NCBI GenBank assembly: GCA_051294375.1
Contig: CM119271.1
Span: 6,449,632 to 6,513,631, forward strand
Length of the DNA stretch: 64,000 nucleotides
DNA from: Paraspadella gotoi
Taxonomy: Eukaryota; Animalia; Chaetognatha
Direction of reading: 5' to 3'
Shown here: positions 25,890 through 51,720 of the stretch, piece by piece
Layout of the letters: every line of letters begins with the position of its first letter
How positions within the stretch are numbered: the first letter of the stretch is position 1
Made by a program: the position numbers and the translations under genes
Notes under the pieces: generated by a model
What the model was told of the DNA's origin: nothing
Database searches by the model: none
The model's input: the letters and a program-made list of their open reading frames with translations, nothing else

Positions 25890-26837
25890 CTCACACACCC
25901 TTCTCTCTCGTTCCTGTTGTTTTCAAAAAAGAATATAGACCCCCTTAGAAAAAACTATCGCGCGGGGCCGGACAACTATTTTTTCACTGAATTTAAGGAA
26001 TTGGCAAATCCTACTAACAAAAAATATACATAAATAAGAGAAGAGGAGGATGCAAGAGAGAGAAGATAGAGAAGACCAGAAGATAGCCTCAGAGGAGGAC
26101 AGACCATAAGAAGAGACAGAGACAGAGAAAAAGAGAGCAAGAAGTCCCAAGGTCAGGAAGAAAAGAGAAAGCGAAAAAGCTCAAAATGGAGTTTCTTTCC
26201 TTTTGGTCCGGACGGGGCGGATGACGTTTGTAACATATGCCAGAACGGGCCGTCACCTCTCCGCATACATCTTCGCCCTCTCCCGAGATTTAACGCGTCT
26301 TATTTATTCTATCCGCGCGCATTTCGTTCTTTTGAAGTTTATTTTAAAAATTGCATGATAAAAAAGTTAATAGTTAAATGGAAACATATTTTTGAGAAGA
26401 GAAAGGCAGAGAGAGAGAGAAGAGAGAGAAGAGAGAGAAGAGAGAGAGGGAGGAGGAAAGGAGAAGAAGGGGGAGAGAGAAAGAGAAGGGAGGAGAGAGA
26501 AGAGAGTGAGAGAGAGAGAAAAAAGAGAAACAATTTGGCCGTTGAATAAAATTTTTCAAAGACGTATACGCATGTTTCCAAGCAAGCAACCTATTTTTTT
26601 TTCCCACAAACAACAACTTTCTCCCTGTCATCATGTTGTATTTGAGTTGTAAATTTTTTAAATCCCTCAAGGTTTTTCCCAACTTTTCTTTCTTTTTTCC
26701 TCAAGCTTTTTTTCTTTTTTTCCTTTCTTTTCTTTCCTTTTCATTTTCCTTTTCTTTTCTTTCTTTCTCTTTCTTTTTCTTTCTTTCTTTTTCTTCCCCG
26801 ATCTTCTCCCGTCTGGCCGTTAGGTTTTTCACTGACC

Positions 26838-26873
<36 letters not shown>

Positions 26874-29253
26874 CATAAATTTTCACATTAATTTTTGAAT
26901 CAGAAGAGGCGGGAATAAACCATTCGAAATAGCTGGTAACGGGACCGACGACGACGGACGACACCGGGACGGACGACGACAAACGACGACCAGCGTCGGA
27001 CGACGACGGACGAAGGACTCCGACGACGTGACGACGGACGACGACGGACGACGGACGAAGCGAGACGACGACGACGACGATCGCGACGACAGCGTCTCGA
27101 GACGACAGACGAAGACGAGACCACGACGACGAGGAGAGACTTTGACGTATTTTGACGACGACGGGACGAAGACCGAGGAGACGCGACGACGACGAGTGAG
27201 ACGACGACGACGGACAGCGACAGACGAACGACCGACGACGACACGACAGCGTGACAGCTATGGACGACGACGAAAGACCGACGAGACGAGGACGGAGGGA
27301 CGACCGACGACGACGAAGACGAGAACGATCAGCAGACGACGATGACGACGGACAAAAGACGACGATCGAACGAAAACAGCGACCCGACCGACGACGCACT
27401 TGAACAGAAGAGAACACTGATTACGACGAACGACGAGACGACGACGACGAGACGACGACGACGACGACGACGCAGAGAAGACCACGAGAACGACGACGAC
27501 GGCGCAACTTGACAAGAAGGAAAAAACTGATTACGACGAAGGATGGCGACGAGAAGCCAGATGAACAGTGTCTAATGATTCTCTCACTGGTCTATGATTC
27601 TAAATTAACAATAAGAAGACCCATTAGGGAAGGTGGGACTCATGTCTATATGCGCTATAGAACTGTTTAATTTAAAAATAAATGAATAATTAACGGTGGC
27701 ACGTATAGATGAAAGAACGAAACGAACAATGAATAAAGAAATGCATTTTATGATATCTGGAAAGGCGAAGAAAATAGAATAAGGCATAATAGTATTTGAA
27801 TGGAAAGCTTTTAGATTGAGAGTGAAAAAGACAGGAAAATTTAAGTTTTATTTTTCCACCCATACGGCTAAAGTTGTGGATCCGTCGCAAAAAAAACAGA
27901 TATCTAAAATAACCGTAATTTATATTCGGAACTTAAATAATGGAGGCTTTGGGTTTTATTTTAAGGCTTCATCACTATCTTTATAAACAAGATAATGACA
28001 TAAGCAGGTGTGGCGGGGGTAAGTTGGTTAGCGCGGGTAAATTGGGAATGAAAGCCGAAGCCGCTATGCTGCTATCAGTACTTCTTCTTCTCTCTCTTCT
28101 TCTTTTCTTTATGCCCAGCAGGAGGAACGGGTTCCAAAAAGGCTTGGGGCGATTGGCCCCCCTGTCCCTTAATTTCGGGCCGCTTAACCGGCCGTCCTTA
28201 TACTTTCTTAAATTAATAACCAGGGATCGATTCACGGTAAGCTAAGACTCGGGACTCTTTTGGGCATTTTCTCATGAATCCAACCAAATCTAACCGAACA
28301 CAACGAACACAATGAAATTCTACGAGAACATTGACCCACTATACCCACAACCAGCAACGAAAGTGACTCTTGCCAAGATTTTTATTTTTTTTTTTTCCCC
28401 TTTTTTTTTTTTCGTTGACGGGGCAAACTGCAATCCTCTTCTTCCCCGGATCTTTTGACGTAAAAGGTGAACGTGGATTTTTTTTTTTTTCGAATTCGGC
28501 ATCGATTTCGATGTTCTTTTTTTTTCTTTTTTTCCTTTTTTTTTCGGAATTTTTCCCTCGTTTTTTTTTCTTTTTCTTTTTTTATTTGACAATCGTAATA
28601 CCTTTTTTTCCCTGACCTGAATTCTTTTTTTTTCTCTTTCTCCTTGTCTTTTTCCATATTTCTTCTGATTTTACCCCCTCACCGATTTGGAGAAATTTGA
28701 GACATTTTTCTTTTAATTTTAATTTTTTTTATTTTACTTTAATTGTAATATTTAAGTTTGTTTCGGTTACTTTTCGATCGGTAAGTTCTATGCTCATTCT
28801 TGGCACCAGCCGTCAAGTCCTACCGTTTGACATTTTGTTCCGGAATTACATTCTCATAACACCTAATTTCTGCACATTTTAGTAACGAAATTTTAAATAA
28901 ATAGAAAAATAGGCGAAGCCACAGTTTCCTTTTTTTTTGCGTCATCCGTAGGCGTAATTATCTTAGCCGTGAGGCGTCGGGTCATAATCCCGCTGTCGTC
29001 GTAATAACCCACATTACGACGTTGTTTTAATCCGTCTTCGGCGTCGTCGTCGTCGTCGTCGGTCGTCGTTCGTCGGTCGTCGTCGGTCGGCGTCGTCGGC
29101 CGTCGTCGTCGGGCGTCGGGTCGGTTCCGTCAGGCATGTTCTCGAATCGGTTAGCAAACAAAAGTAAGAAGCTTGTCTCAATTCCACTTCCCCTTTCGAC
29201 GGAAAAGTGAGCTGGCTTAAGAAGAGAAGAGAGGAGATGGAAGAGAGACGAGT

Positions 29254-29312
<59 letters not shown>

Positions 29313-29705
29313 GAGAGGTATTAAAATGGGGCGAGATGGGTCGAAAGGATTACTATTCTAACGACGGGGAAAAGGATAATTAGGAAAAATAGAGAAAAGT
29401 AAACTATACACATATACAGTAACAAATAGTATACCTACGGATATAAGCTATTTTAAATTTTCCATTATAAACACATACTTTTCCTAATTAAAGAACAGTT
29501 ATAAACACATCATTGAGAAAGCCTTGCCTTGGGAGAGTGAAAAAAAAACAACACTGTGAGAGAGTCTCTATTGAAGCTTGGTCCTGGGTCCTGCTGTTCT
29601 AATTTCTTATAAGAGGCATGTTTGCTTATAAACGTATAAAAAATTGTATCAAAATTTTGTGCTGAACCTTTGTTTCCGTCACACTTTTCCTTTCACTTGG
29701 GATCC
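25890..29705 (+). repeat. Diverged, indel-rich direct copy of ~34490-38350
   Basis: Collinear landmarks: TCTCGTTCCTGTTG, GATAGCCTCAGAG, the GAC array, CCAACCAAATCTAA, TACGAGAACATTGACCCAC, ACACTGTGAGAGAGTC. Confidence 0.9.
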
Positions 29706-29789
29706 TTTAGAGAGTACATGATTTACTGGCTCGAGGTTCATGCGTAACACTCTATTCAGAGTCGCTTCGACGCGAGACTTCGCTTTTCT

Positions 29790-30060
29790 CAGAAATGACG
29801 TCGACACAAATTGACAAAAAGAGACGAAGCAAAACTTGGCGAAAAAGATGACAAAGAAGCAACGATGATGACAAAGTGCGGTGATGGCAAAACGACGGCG
29901 AAGAAGCAAAACAATGAAGCCAAAGTGCGAAAATGACAAAAAAGCCACAGGCATGACAACATGAAGTACGAAGGTGATAAAGTGATGACAAAAGTAGCAA
30001 AAACGATGAAACTGAAAATACGGAGATGACGAAACAATGACAAAGAACCTTCCAATGATT
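29790..30060. repeat. Degenerate ATGACAAA-based minisatellite
   Basis: Recurring GATGACAAA(A/G)...CGA/GCAAAA motifs at roughly 20-30 bp spacing. Confidence 0.6.
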
Positions 30061-30184
30061 ACCCGATAAGTACGGGGATGACAATCAACCCCAAAAATAA
30101 ACTAAGAGAAACAGTTTTTTCTAATTTTTAGACACTTTCAAACATCTATCGATTCTTCCTTTCATATTTTTCCCCAAATTAACC

Positions 30185-30229
<45 letters not shown>

Positions 30230-31483
30230 TTTCTGGATAACTCCAATTCCATTCCACACAATTTCAACAAAAAGGTACGCCCCTTTTTCCCTTTTCAAAT
30301 CCCCGGTCACCAGTTCTCGATCCCGATTCACCAATTTTCTTCTCTCCTCATTCCTTAATTTTTTTTTTTTTTTTTTTTCTTTTTTTTTACTTTTTTTTTT
30401 TTTTTTTTTTCTTTTTGCATATTCGATTTTCACACTTAATCTCATCTTTCGTTCTCGTAGTTCTTTCTCCTATCCTTTCATTTTATGTCTCTCCTTCTCC
30501 CCATTCTTTTCGGTTCCATCTACAAGAGAGAGAGAGAGAGAAGAGAAGAGAGAGAGATTTTGAATTTGATAAGTTCTATTGCAAAAAAACCACTGGAGTG
30601 GGTTAACACACTCCTTAGGGCGACATAAGTTAAAAACAGTTTGATTACAAAGAACTTTTTAGGATCATATACTAAGATAAAATACAGACTACTACACTTC
30701 ATAGATGTATATGAACAAGTGAACTGCTAAATATCGGATATTAGCATCTGAGTGCTATACTTTCTATCGATGACACTGTGTCAGCTATTCTATATCGTTG
30801 ACCACGACGAAAAAAAATGAAATTGATAAAAGCTACGATAGAATAAAATTAGTTTGTAACCAGTATAGAGAGAAGAGAGAGAGAGAGAGAGAGAGAATTC
30901 CTTTTCAAAGAAATCGAGATCGCTTCCGCATAAAATTTCCATTGGCATCGTCTCCTTCCCCCCGTACCCTCCTCCGCCCCCCCTATCCGCCCCCCCTAGA
31001 ATTGTCCGGTCCACGGATCGAAAAATGTGGTTGAGCGGCGGAGAGATGGTGATCAAACTGCGGTGGAGCTTATTTGAGCCGTCGCACATCGAGAGGATTT
31101 CGCTTTCACAAAAAAAAGGACCCTTCAATGGCAATCGAAAACTCGAGATCCGTGGTTACCAGTGGCCACGGTAATGCCGAAGAAGGGAAGATATCTTTTA
31201 ACGCGGTTAGCAGCGATACTGATTAAACTATGACTTGATAGTGGAAAGACTTTTAACTTCTTTTTTTTTTCATTGCGGTATCAAATCAATATCTAAGCAG
31301 AATTATATTATCATTTGAAGATGATGCCACTTTGGTCACCAATGGACTTTGCTTTATTAGTCTCAGAAGAGTACAAAGCGGTGAATACTCTTTCCACGAA
31401 GTCATTAAATTCACAAGTTGATTGTATTCAGACTTCGCGCTTTTCCGGGGAAGAAACAATCTGCAACTTCCAAAGTGACAAGG

Positions 31484-31547
<64 letters not shown>

Positions 31548-32550
31548 TTCCAAGTGTTCCTAATCGAATCTCGTGTCGTGAGCGAATCAATTCTACGTCG
31601 GACTTTCGAATCGAAACTCGAGCAAAGTTGTTTTCTGGTTTTGAAGTTTAGAACTCTGAAACTTAGAAATTGAAATTTTCACACATTAAGAATAATAAAA
31701 CAAATCAGTCAATCATCGCTGTCCATATATCAAGTCGTAATTTGTTTATTATCTTATCCATCATTGCAATTTTTGTGCTTACTTTACTATCGCATAAAAT
31801 ATTATCTTTTTTTTTTCAATTCTAAAACATCTCTTACAATATACGTATAGTAATTATTACTCACACGTTACTTCGCCCTTATACTTCGCCCTTTTTTATA
31901 TAGACATAAGCACATACATATCAATATAGTATTTTCAGTCTTTAACATTTTGGTCAAGTGGTTTTTGTCTTTTGAAACTTTCCACTTTGTCCAGAATGCA
32001 GATTGTTCAACGTACAGTCAGTCAAAAATAGATCACCACCGCTGCTCCGCGGTAACTCAGCTCTGCGGCTCTGCAGATCAGTTCTGTGTTTTTCGTCGTA
32101 GAAAAAAAATGTTGGGTTTTTTTTTTTACTTTTGCAGGAGAATTTTGAAAAACGGGGTCGACTTTGGTATTCGGAGAACGTCGCCGTGGGCAGGGAGAGA
32201 AAAACTCTTAAAGGTTTCTTTATCGGCGGGAGAATTCTGGATAGTAAGGGAAAGGGGAAATCTGTGGAAAGAAAGAAAGAAAGAAAGCAAAGAAAAAAAA
32301 GAAAAGAAAGAAATGAAGAAGAAAGAAAGAAGAAAAGAAAAGAAGAAGAAAGAGAAAAGAAAGAAAGAAAAAAAAAGAAAAATAGAAAGAAAACAAGAAA
32401 AAAAGAGAAGACAGAAAGAAAGAAAAGGAATAAAGAAACAAAAAAGAAAGAGAAAGAAAGAAAGAAAGAAGGAAAAATTACAAAATAATAAAATAATACA
32501 AAAACAAATGTTAGAGAGATAAGAAAGAAAGAAAGAAAGAAAAGAAAGAA

Positions 32551-32582
<32 letters not shown>

Positions 32583-33796
32583 AGAAGAAAGAGAAAGAGG
32601 AAAGAAGAAGAAAAAATGAAAAAATTCAAAAGTGAATTTAAAAAGAAAAAAGTAAAAAATACTTTTTGGGGCCAATTTTGGGCTGATTTTAAAGGCTTTT
32701 TTTGCTCTTTTTTAGTTTTGGCCGTCTGTTTAGTCTTTGGCCTTTTTTACTTCTTTTATAATTCCGGCAACTTTTTACGAAAGGCGTTTGTTTCCAATCA
32801 GAATTTCTTCCTTTCGTTTGGTGCTTTTTTTCGTCGCTATGTTTTATTTTCCTGTCTTTCGGTCGTCGTCGTCGTCGGTCGACGTATTTCGTTGTCATGG
32901 CGATTTTCGACGGAAACCAGAAGACAAAGCTGATTTCGTGAGACGCGCCTTCTGTTGTTTGTTTTCGTTGTTGTTGTTTTATTCGTAATACTGAACTCGT
33001 CAAACTGGTTTTGGTAGCAACGCCGTCTCATCTTCGAAATTTCGTCTTCTCTTCGACTTTTCTCAAATTATCTAATCTAATTTATTTTTCTTTTCTTTAT
33101 ATTGTTTACTTGTTATTTTTGTCTAATTATTTTCTAATCTTATCTAATATTTATCTGATCTAATTTCTTTTTCTTTTCTTTTCCTCTCTAATTTTCTACT
33201 TCTTCTAAGTCCTAAAAATAAATAAATAAACTACCTTTTATCTTCTCTTTCTTTTTTTTCCTTTCCTTTCTTACCTTTTTCTCCCTCAGCGTGCAATTCC
33301 GTTCAGAATTCCTGTAAGTTTTCAGAACCTAATCTTTTCTTTCGCAAGGCCGCAGGGGCCGCAGGGGCCGCAGCCCCAACTAGCACTGCTCCGTGCCGCC
33401 GTACCGCAACTAACTTTAGATTGACCACAAAAAGTAGAAAGGACGGCATCAAGAACCCGAAAAAGTCTTGTTGATCCGCGATTAAATAGAACTAGAGCTA
33501 GGTGTTATAAACCTTGTTTATCATTAAATAACTTTAACACTTCGCATCCAATATTCCGAAGCCCATCAAACTGTCAATACCACCGCCATTCTTCATACAT
33601 GTCTCCGCCACATGCCCACTTCCAAACGCCACATCCCAAATCACCACAAGCCATGCTACCCACAACCACTCCCCCCCCCGCAAACCCTGAGCGACATCTT
33701 TTGACGCATTTGAACATCGAATTTCCGGTCGAGAAAACCCCTTAAAGTGATTCTCTGCTGGAGGATCTTATTCGTGTCTGCCTCCGGAAATCTTAA

Positions 33797-39715
<5,919 letters not shown>

Positions 39716-40005
39716 NNNNNNNNNNNNNNNNNNNNNNNNNGAAAGAAAGAAAGAAAAAAAAGAAAAATAGAAAGAAAAAACAAGAAAAAAAGAGAAGACA
39801 GAAAGAAAGAAAAAAAGGAAATAAAGAAACAAAAAAGAAAGAGAAGAAAGAAAGAAATAAAAAAGAAAGGAAATAAGGAAAAAAGTTAAAGTGAAAAAAA
39901 GGAAAGAAAGAAAAAAAAAGAGGAAAAATTNNNNNNNNNNCAAAAAAATAATACAAAAACAAATGTAGAGAGAAAAGAAAGAAAGAAAGAAAGAAAGAAA
40001 GAAAA

Positions 40006-40088
<83 letters not shown>

Positions 40089-41250
40089 GAAAAATGAAAA
40101 ATTCAAATTTAATTTAAAAAGAAAAAGAAAAAGAAAAATACTTTTTGTGCCAATTTTGGGCCGATTTTAGGCTTTTTGCCTCTTTTTAGTTTTAGCCTCT
40201 GTTAGTCTTTGGCCTTTTTTAAGCTTCTTTTATAATTCGGCCATTTTTACGAGGCGTTTGTTTCCAATCAGAATTTTCTTCCTTTCGTTTGTAGCTTTTT
40301 TCGTCGCGATGTTTTATTTTCCTGTCTTTCGTCGTCGTCGTCGACGTCGTCATTCGTTGTCATGGCGATTTCGACGGTAAACAGAAGACAAAGCTGATTT
40401 CGTGAGACGCGCTTCTGTTGTTGTTTTCGTTGTTGTTGTTTATTCGTAATACTGAGACTCGTCAAACTGTTTTGGTAGCAACGCCGTCTCATCTCGAAAT
40501 TCGTCTTCTCTTCGACTTTTCTCAAATTATCTAATCTCATTTCTTTTTCTTTTCTTTATATTTTTACTTGTATTTTGTCTAATTATTATCTAATCTTATC
40601 TAATATCATCTGATCTCATTTCTTTTTCTTTTCTTTTCCTCTCTAATTTCTATCTCTTCTAAGTCTAAAAATAAATAAAACTACCTTTTTTTCTTCTCTT
40701 TCTTTTTTCCTTTCCTTTCTTACCTTTTCTCCCTCAGCCGTCAATCCGTTCAAATTCCCTGATAAGTTTCAAGAACCAGAATCTTTTCTTCGCAGCCGCA
40801 GGGGCCGCAGGGGCCGCAGCCCCAACCGCAGCTGCTCCGTCCGCCGTCACCGCACTACTTAGATTGACCACAAAAAAGTTAGAAAAGGACCATCAGAACC
40901 CGAAAAAGTCTTGTTATGATCGCGATTAAATAGAACTAGAGCTAGTGTTATAAACCTTGTTTATCATTAATAACTTTACACACTTCGCATCCAATATTCC
41001 GAAGCCCATCAAACTGTCAATACCACCGCCATTCTTCATACATGTCTCCGCCACATGCCCACTTCCAAACGCCACATCCCAAATCACCACAAGCCATGCT
41101 ACCCACAACCACTCCCCCCCCCGCAAACCCTGAGCGGAAATCCGTTCTCTTGGAACGCATTTGAACATCGAATTTCCGGTCCGAATGAAACCCCTAAGTG
41201 ATTCTCTGCTGAGGATTCTTATTGCGTGTCTGCCTCCGGGAAATCTATAT

Positions 41251-47169
<5,919 letters not shown>

Positions 47170-48534
47170 NNNNNNNNNNNNNNNNNNNNNNNNNAAAATC
47201 CGCGGGCGAATTTTTATTAAAACGTGGAATTAATTATTGGCGATAAATTTACAAGACGGCGAAGCTGAGTGGAGAAAAACGACAACGACGACAGCGAAAT
47301 GCTAAACAACAACGAAGGCGTCTTTTTGTTATTTATCATTATAATTAAAATATAACTGACAATTTTTTCGGTTTTATAGATTTGCAGAATACGACGACAA
47401 CGACAGCTTCCGACAGGAAAAACAATCGCCTCCGATCAGACGGAATATGAGATTCGCGATCTCTTTCATTTCAATGTCACTTGCAAACTTGTCTTTTGTT
47501 TGTTTTTAATCGAGAAGAAAACAATGGGATCGAGACAGATCCGTAGCGCCGCGTAACGACGAGGGGAAAAAAATTAAGTGGGTGGGAAAAAAAAATTATG
47601 CGAAACCGAATTGACTGTCATTAAATAAATAACTTGGGTTCTCTCTTTGTCGAACGACGAACATGTTGTGTGTGTATTGCATAACTAACTCACATCGGAA
47701 CTCACCGACTTATATCACAGTATATTTTTTTCATAAACAAAATCAGCGATATTTAATTTGATATCGAATTTCCTTCGCGAAACCAGATAGCTATTATTCA
47801 CAGATATAGATTCCTTCAATTATATCAATCCCTTTTTTTTCTTTTTTTCTTTTTATTATTCGCACAAGTTTAAACTCCCATTTTNNNNNNNNNNNNNNNN
47901 NNNNNNNNNNNNNNNNNNNNNNNNNNNNNNNNNNNNNNNNNNNNNNNNNNNNNNNNNNNNNNNNNNNNNNNNNNNNNNNNNNNNNNNNNNNNNNNNNNNN
48001 NNNNNNNNNNNNNNNNNNNNNNNNNNNNNNNNNNNNNNNNNNNNNNNNNNNNNNNNNNNNNNNNNNNNNNNNNNNNNNNNNNNNNNNNNNNNNNNNNNNN
48101 NNNNNNNNNNNNNNNNNNNNNNNNNNNNNNNNNNNNNNNNNNNNNNNNNNNNNNNNNNNNNNNNNNNNNNNNNNNNNNNNNNNNNNNNNNNNNNNNNNNN
48201 NNNNNNNNNNNNNNNNNNNNNNNNNNNNNNNNNNNNNNNNNNNNNNNNNNNNNNNNNNNNNNNNNNNNNNNNNNNNNNNNNNNNNNNNNNNNNNNNNNNN
48301 NNNNNNNNNNNNNNNNNNNNNNNNNNNNNNNNNNNNNNNNNNNNNNNNNNNNNNNNNNNNNNNNNNNNNNNNNNNNNNNNNNNNNNNNNNNNNNNNNNNN
48401 NNNNNNNNNNNNNNNNNNNNNNNNNNNNNNNNNNNNNNNNNNNNNNNNNNNNNNNNNNNNNNNNNNNNNAGTAAGGAAGAGTCAAGCTAGTAAGGCTTAG
48501 CAGAAGCGAACAAATAGTGACAAGCTAGTAGGGT

Positions 48535-48874
48535 CTAGTAGCGGATAAAGATTCGACGCGATTCCAGAGATAAAGACGTTACTTCCGGTAAATTTCTCGC
48601 TTTTATGGAATCCAGACCGAATGGAGGTAAGGAGCCCTTTCCCGTGATAACGTCGTTATCTCCGACGTCTCTTCCGTCGTTAATGCGATTCGGCGTTGGC
48701 GTCGTCGTCGTCATCGTCGTCGTCTTCCTTATCGGCGTTTTCGTCGTCAACACGGTCGTCGTCGTCGGGGTCGTCGTCGTCGTCGTCATCGTCGTAATAA
48801 TCGTCAACCTCGTCGTCGTCTCCGTCCTCTCATCTTCTTTTTTCGTCTCCGTCGTCGGCCTCGTCATTCTTGTC
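48535..48874 (-). CDS. Possible terminal exon of a Thr-rich (mucin-like) protein
   Basis: Open frame TRPTTETKKEDERTETTT...NDVITGKGSLPPFGLDSIK...IRY* with a non-repetitive C-terminal half, preceded on the - strand by a TTAG acceptor-like site near 48875. It may be microsatellite-derived. Confidence 0.3.
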
Positions 48875-49000
48875 TAAGTCTAACTAATCTTTCGTCCAAA
48901 AATGCAAATTAGTTTTTTTTCTGTTGTCTTTTCGTCTCTGTCTCTCTCGTTCTCCGTCCCTTTTTCTCCACAGATTAAAAATCACCGCTCGCCTTCTTTC

Positions 49001-49257
49001 TTAGCAACGAGCCTTTCTAGAAATCGCATTGTCTTCGCCGATATCATCTTCGTCGTCGTCGTCGTCGTCGTCGTCATCGTCGTTTGCCATTATCTTCGTC
49101 GTCGTCGTCGTTGCTACCATTATATTCATTGGCTCCGTCATTATCGTCGTCGTCGTCGTCGTCGTCGTCAACATCGTCTTGGACTCCTTCGGGTCTCTGG
49201 GTTCGATTCGGATGACCAGCGTCGGGCCTTTGGCCCCCAACCGGCCCGATCTGCCCC
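49001..49257 (-). CDS. Possible exon with short Gly-X-Y, Thr-rich and Asp-rich segments, cut by a gap
   Basis: Frame GRSGRLGAKGPTLVIRIEPRDPKESKTMLTTTT...DDDD. Only four G-X-Y triplets are visible before the gap. Confidence 0.25.
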
Positions 49258-50215
49258 NNNNNNNNNNNNNNNNNNNNNNNNNNNNNNNNNNNNNNNNNNN
49301 NNNNNNNNNNNNNNNNNNNNNNNNNNNNNNNNNNNNNNNNNNNNNNNNNNNNNNNNNNNNNNNNNNNNNNNNNNNNNNNNNNNNNNNNNNNNNNNNNNNN
49401 NNNNNNNNNNNNNNNNNNNNNNNNNNNNNNNNNNNNNNNNNNNNNNNNNNNNNNNNNNNNNNNNNNNNNNNNNNNNNNNNNNNNNNNNNNNNNNNNNNNN
49501 NNNNNNNNNNNNNNNNNNNNNNNNNNNNNNNNNNNNNNNNNNNNNNNNNNNNNNNNNNNNNNNNNNNNNNNNNNNNNNNNNNNNNNNNNNNNNNNNNNNN
49601 NNNNNNNNNNNNNNNNNNNNNNNNNNNNNNNNNNNNNNNNNNNNNNNNNNNNNNNNNNNNNNNNNNNNNNNNNNNNNNNNNNNNNNNNNNNNNNNNNNNN
49701 NNNNNNNNNNNNNNNNNNNNNNNNNNNNNNNNNNNNNNNNNNNNNNNNNNNNNNNNNNNNNNNNNNNNNNNNNNNNNNNNNNNNNNNNNNNNNNNNNNNN
49801 NNNNNNNNNNNNNNNNNNNNNNNNNNNNNNNNNNNNNNNNNNNNNNCATTCAATAAATAAGCTATCTTGCCCCTGACTTTGGACAGACTTCGATGGTTGT
49901 GACATTTATTTTCCCATTACAATTCATCCGAACTCAACTGGCCCCCGATTATTTGCGCAAATCTTTCTCTTTCCTCATCATCGAAATCCCGACTCCGATC
50001 CTCGACGAATCTCTTCGCTCGGAAGTCTCTACTCAATTCGCGACACCTTTTAACGATTTGGCTCCGTTGTGAGAAAGTCATTAGGATAATAGAGTTTCCG
50101 GCAGATTCCCGGAAAAAAAATGGCGTTATTTTCGAACTCTTTCCTTTCTTTTCTTCTTTTTTTTTTTATTAAAAAATGGGGAGAAAATGAGGATAAAAAT
50201 GGGTGAATTAATTTG

Positions 50216-50283
<68 letters not shown>
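50216..50283. repeat. (GGC)n microsatellite
   Basis: About 22 perfect GGC units. Confidence 0.97.
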
Positions 50284-50397
50284 ACTTAGAAACAGTCAAT
50301 GAAGTTCCGCACATTTCTAAAGCTCAAATTTCTTTTAGGAAATCAACAGTAACACACACAATTGTGGAATGAAGTTGGTACAACCAATATAAAAAAT

Positions 50398-50600
50398 ATC
50401 CATTCATTTAATAAATAAGCTATCTTGCCCCTAACTTTGGACAGGCTTTGGTGGTTTAAGGCCCCCATCACAAGATAATGACAAAGCAGATCAAGATTCT
50501 CTTAAAGTCTCGTTGTACCTGGCTTTCCTATCAATGAAGTGGTATAATGTTTCAAAGAATGCTTCAATTGATTGAAAAGACCACTCCCTTTAGTATTACA
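50398..50600 (-). mobile_element. Probable 5'-truncated LINE 3' end (CR1/L2-like); shorter copy at 49847-49900
   Basis: The - strand reads KGSGLFNQL, resembling the G..LFN.LP ORF2 C-terminal motif, and ends ...GGGGCAAGATAGCTTATTTATTAAATGAATG. The same ~55 bp terminus recurs at 49847-49900. Confidence 0.4.
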
Positions 50601-51087
50601 TCGGAAAATAAGAGAAATAATGATCGAACAATTTTGCAGAGGAAATAATGTGATAATGTGATCACTAATTAAGAACCCATTTTCCTCTTAGGACGTAAGA
50701 TGAGGACCGAGAGAGTTGGAACGAATTTTAGAGAATGAGAGAGAGAGAGAGAGAGAGCTAAAAAAAGAGAACCCACCATAGAGAGAACAAAATTGGAAGG
50801 GGGAAAAAAACCTGTGGATTGGGGAAAGAAGACAAAGGCTCGATCTAAATATATCCCCAGAGGTCGTCTTACGTTGTGACCATTTGCAATTCTAAAGGGA
50901 GAAATGTGAGGCTGGGTCAGAAGGCGGCTACGTCTGCCCCAACCTTGCCAACGCTCGCTCACCACAACCCCTCATCTCCTTCCTTCCCCCTCCCCCCCCC
51001 AAGAATAAAGAGGAAAAAAAAAGGTTTTGACGCAAAGAATTTTTTTCCGAGTCGAAAAGTCGAGAATCTGAAGAATATTCTGATGAA

Positions 51088-51138
<51 letters not shown>

Positions 51139-51679
51139 GGAAGGACAAAAAATGCTTTTTATTCTGAGATTTGTCCCGGGATTCAATTGAATAGAAAAAC
51201 GCTGAAACAATACAATTCGTATAACCGCTTACGTGGTTAATGTACAGTTTCACCAAACAAATTTGTATAATTCATCGCTCATACATATTTGTCATTCTAT
51301 GCGTTTGACAGTGTTTGACAAGCTTTGAGTTTTGAATTTTATTTTGACTACTCTTGGTTTAGTATTTATATATTTCTGCATAAAAATACCGATACATGAA
51401 GATTATTAAAGAAATATTGCGGGAAAAAAATGAGAAAAGAAAGGATAGAAAAAAGTGTGAAGAAAAAGGAAAAATCCAGTTAATGTATGTAGTATGTAGT
51501 ATGTAGTATGTAGTATGTATATAGTAATTATAAAAATAAATATTAAGAAAAGAAAAGAACTTGGTCCAGAAAAAAAAAGAGAAATAAGCATAAAAAAAGG
51601 TAAGTTAAGGAAAAAAATAGAAATAGATGGAAGGAGAGAAGTATATTGAGGAGAAAAGAAGATTTGATCGATCGAATTC

Positions 51680-51720
<41 letters not shown>

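Noticed and set aside
32012-32045. TA-CAGTCAGTCAAAAA as a Tc1/mariner terminus
   Set aside because: I found no matching inverted end or transposase nearby.
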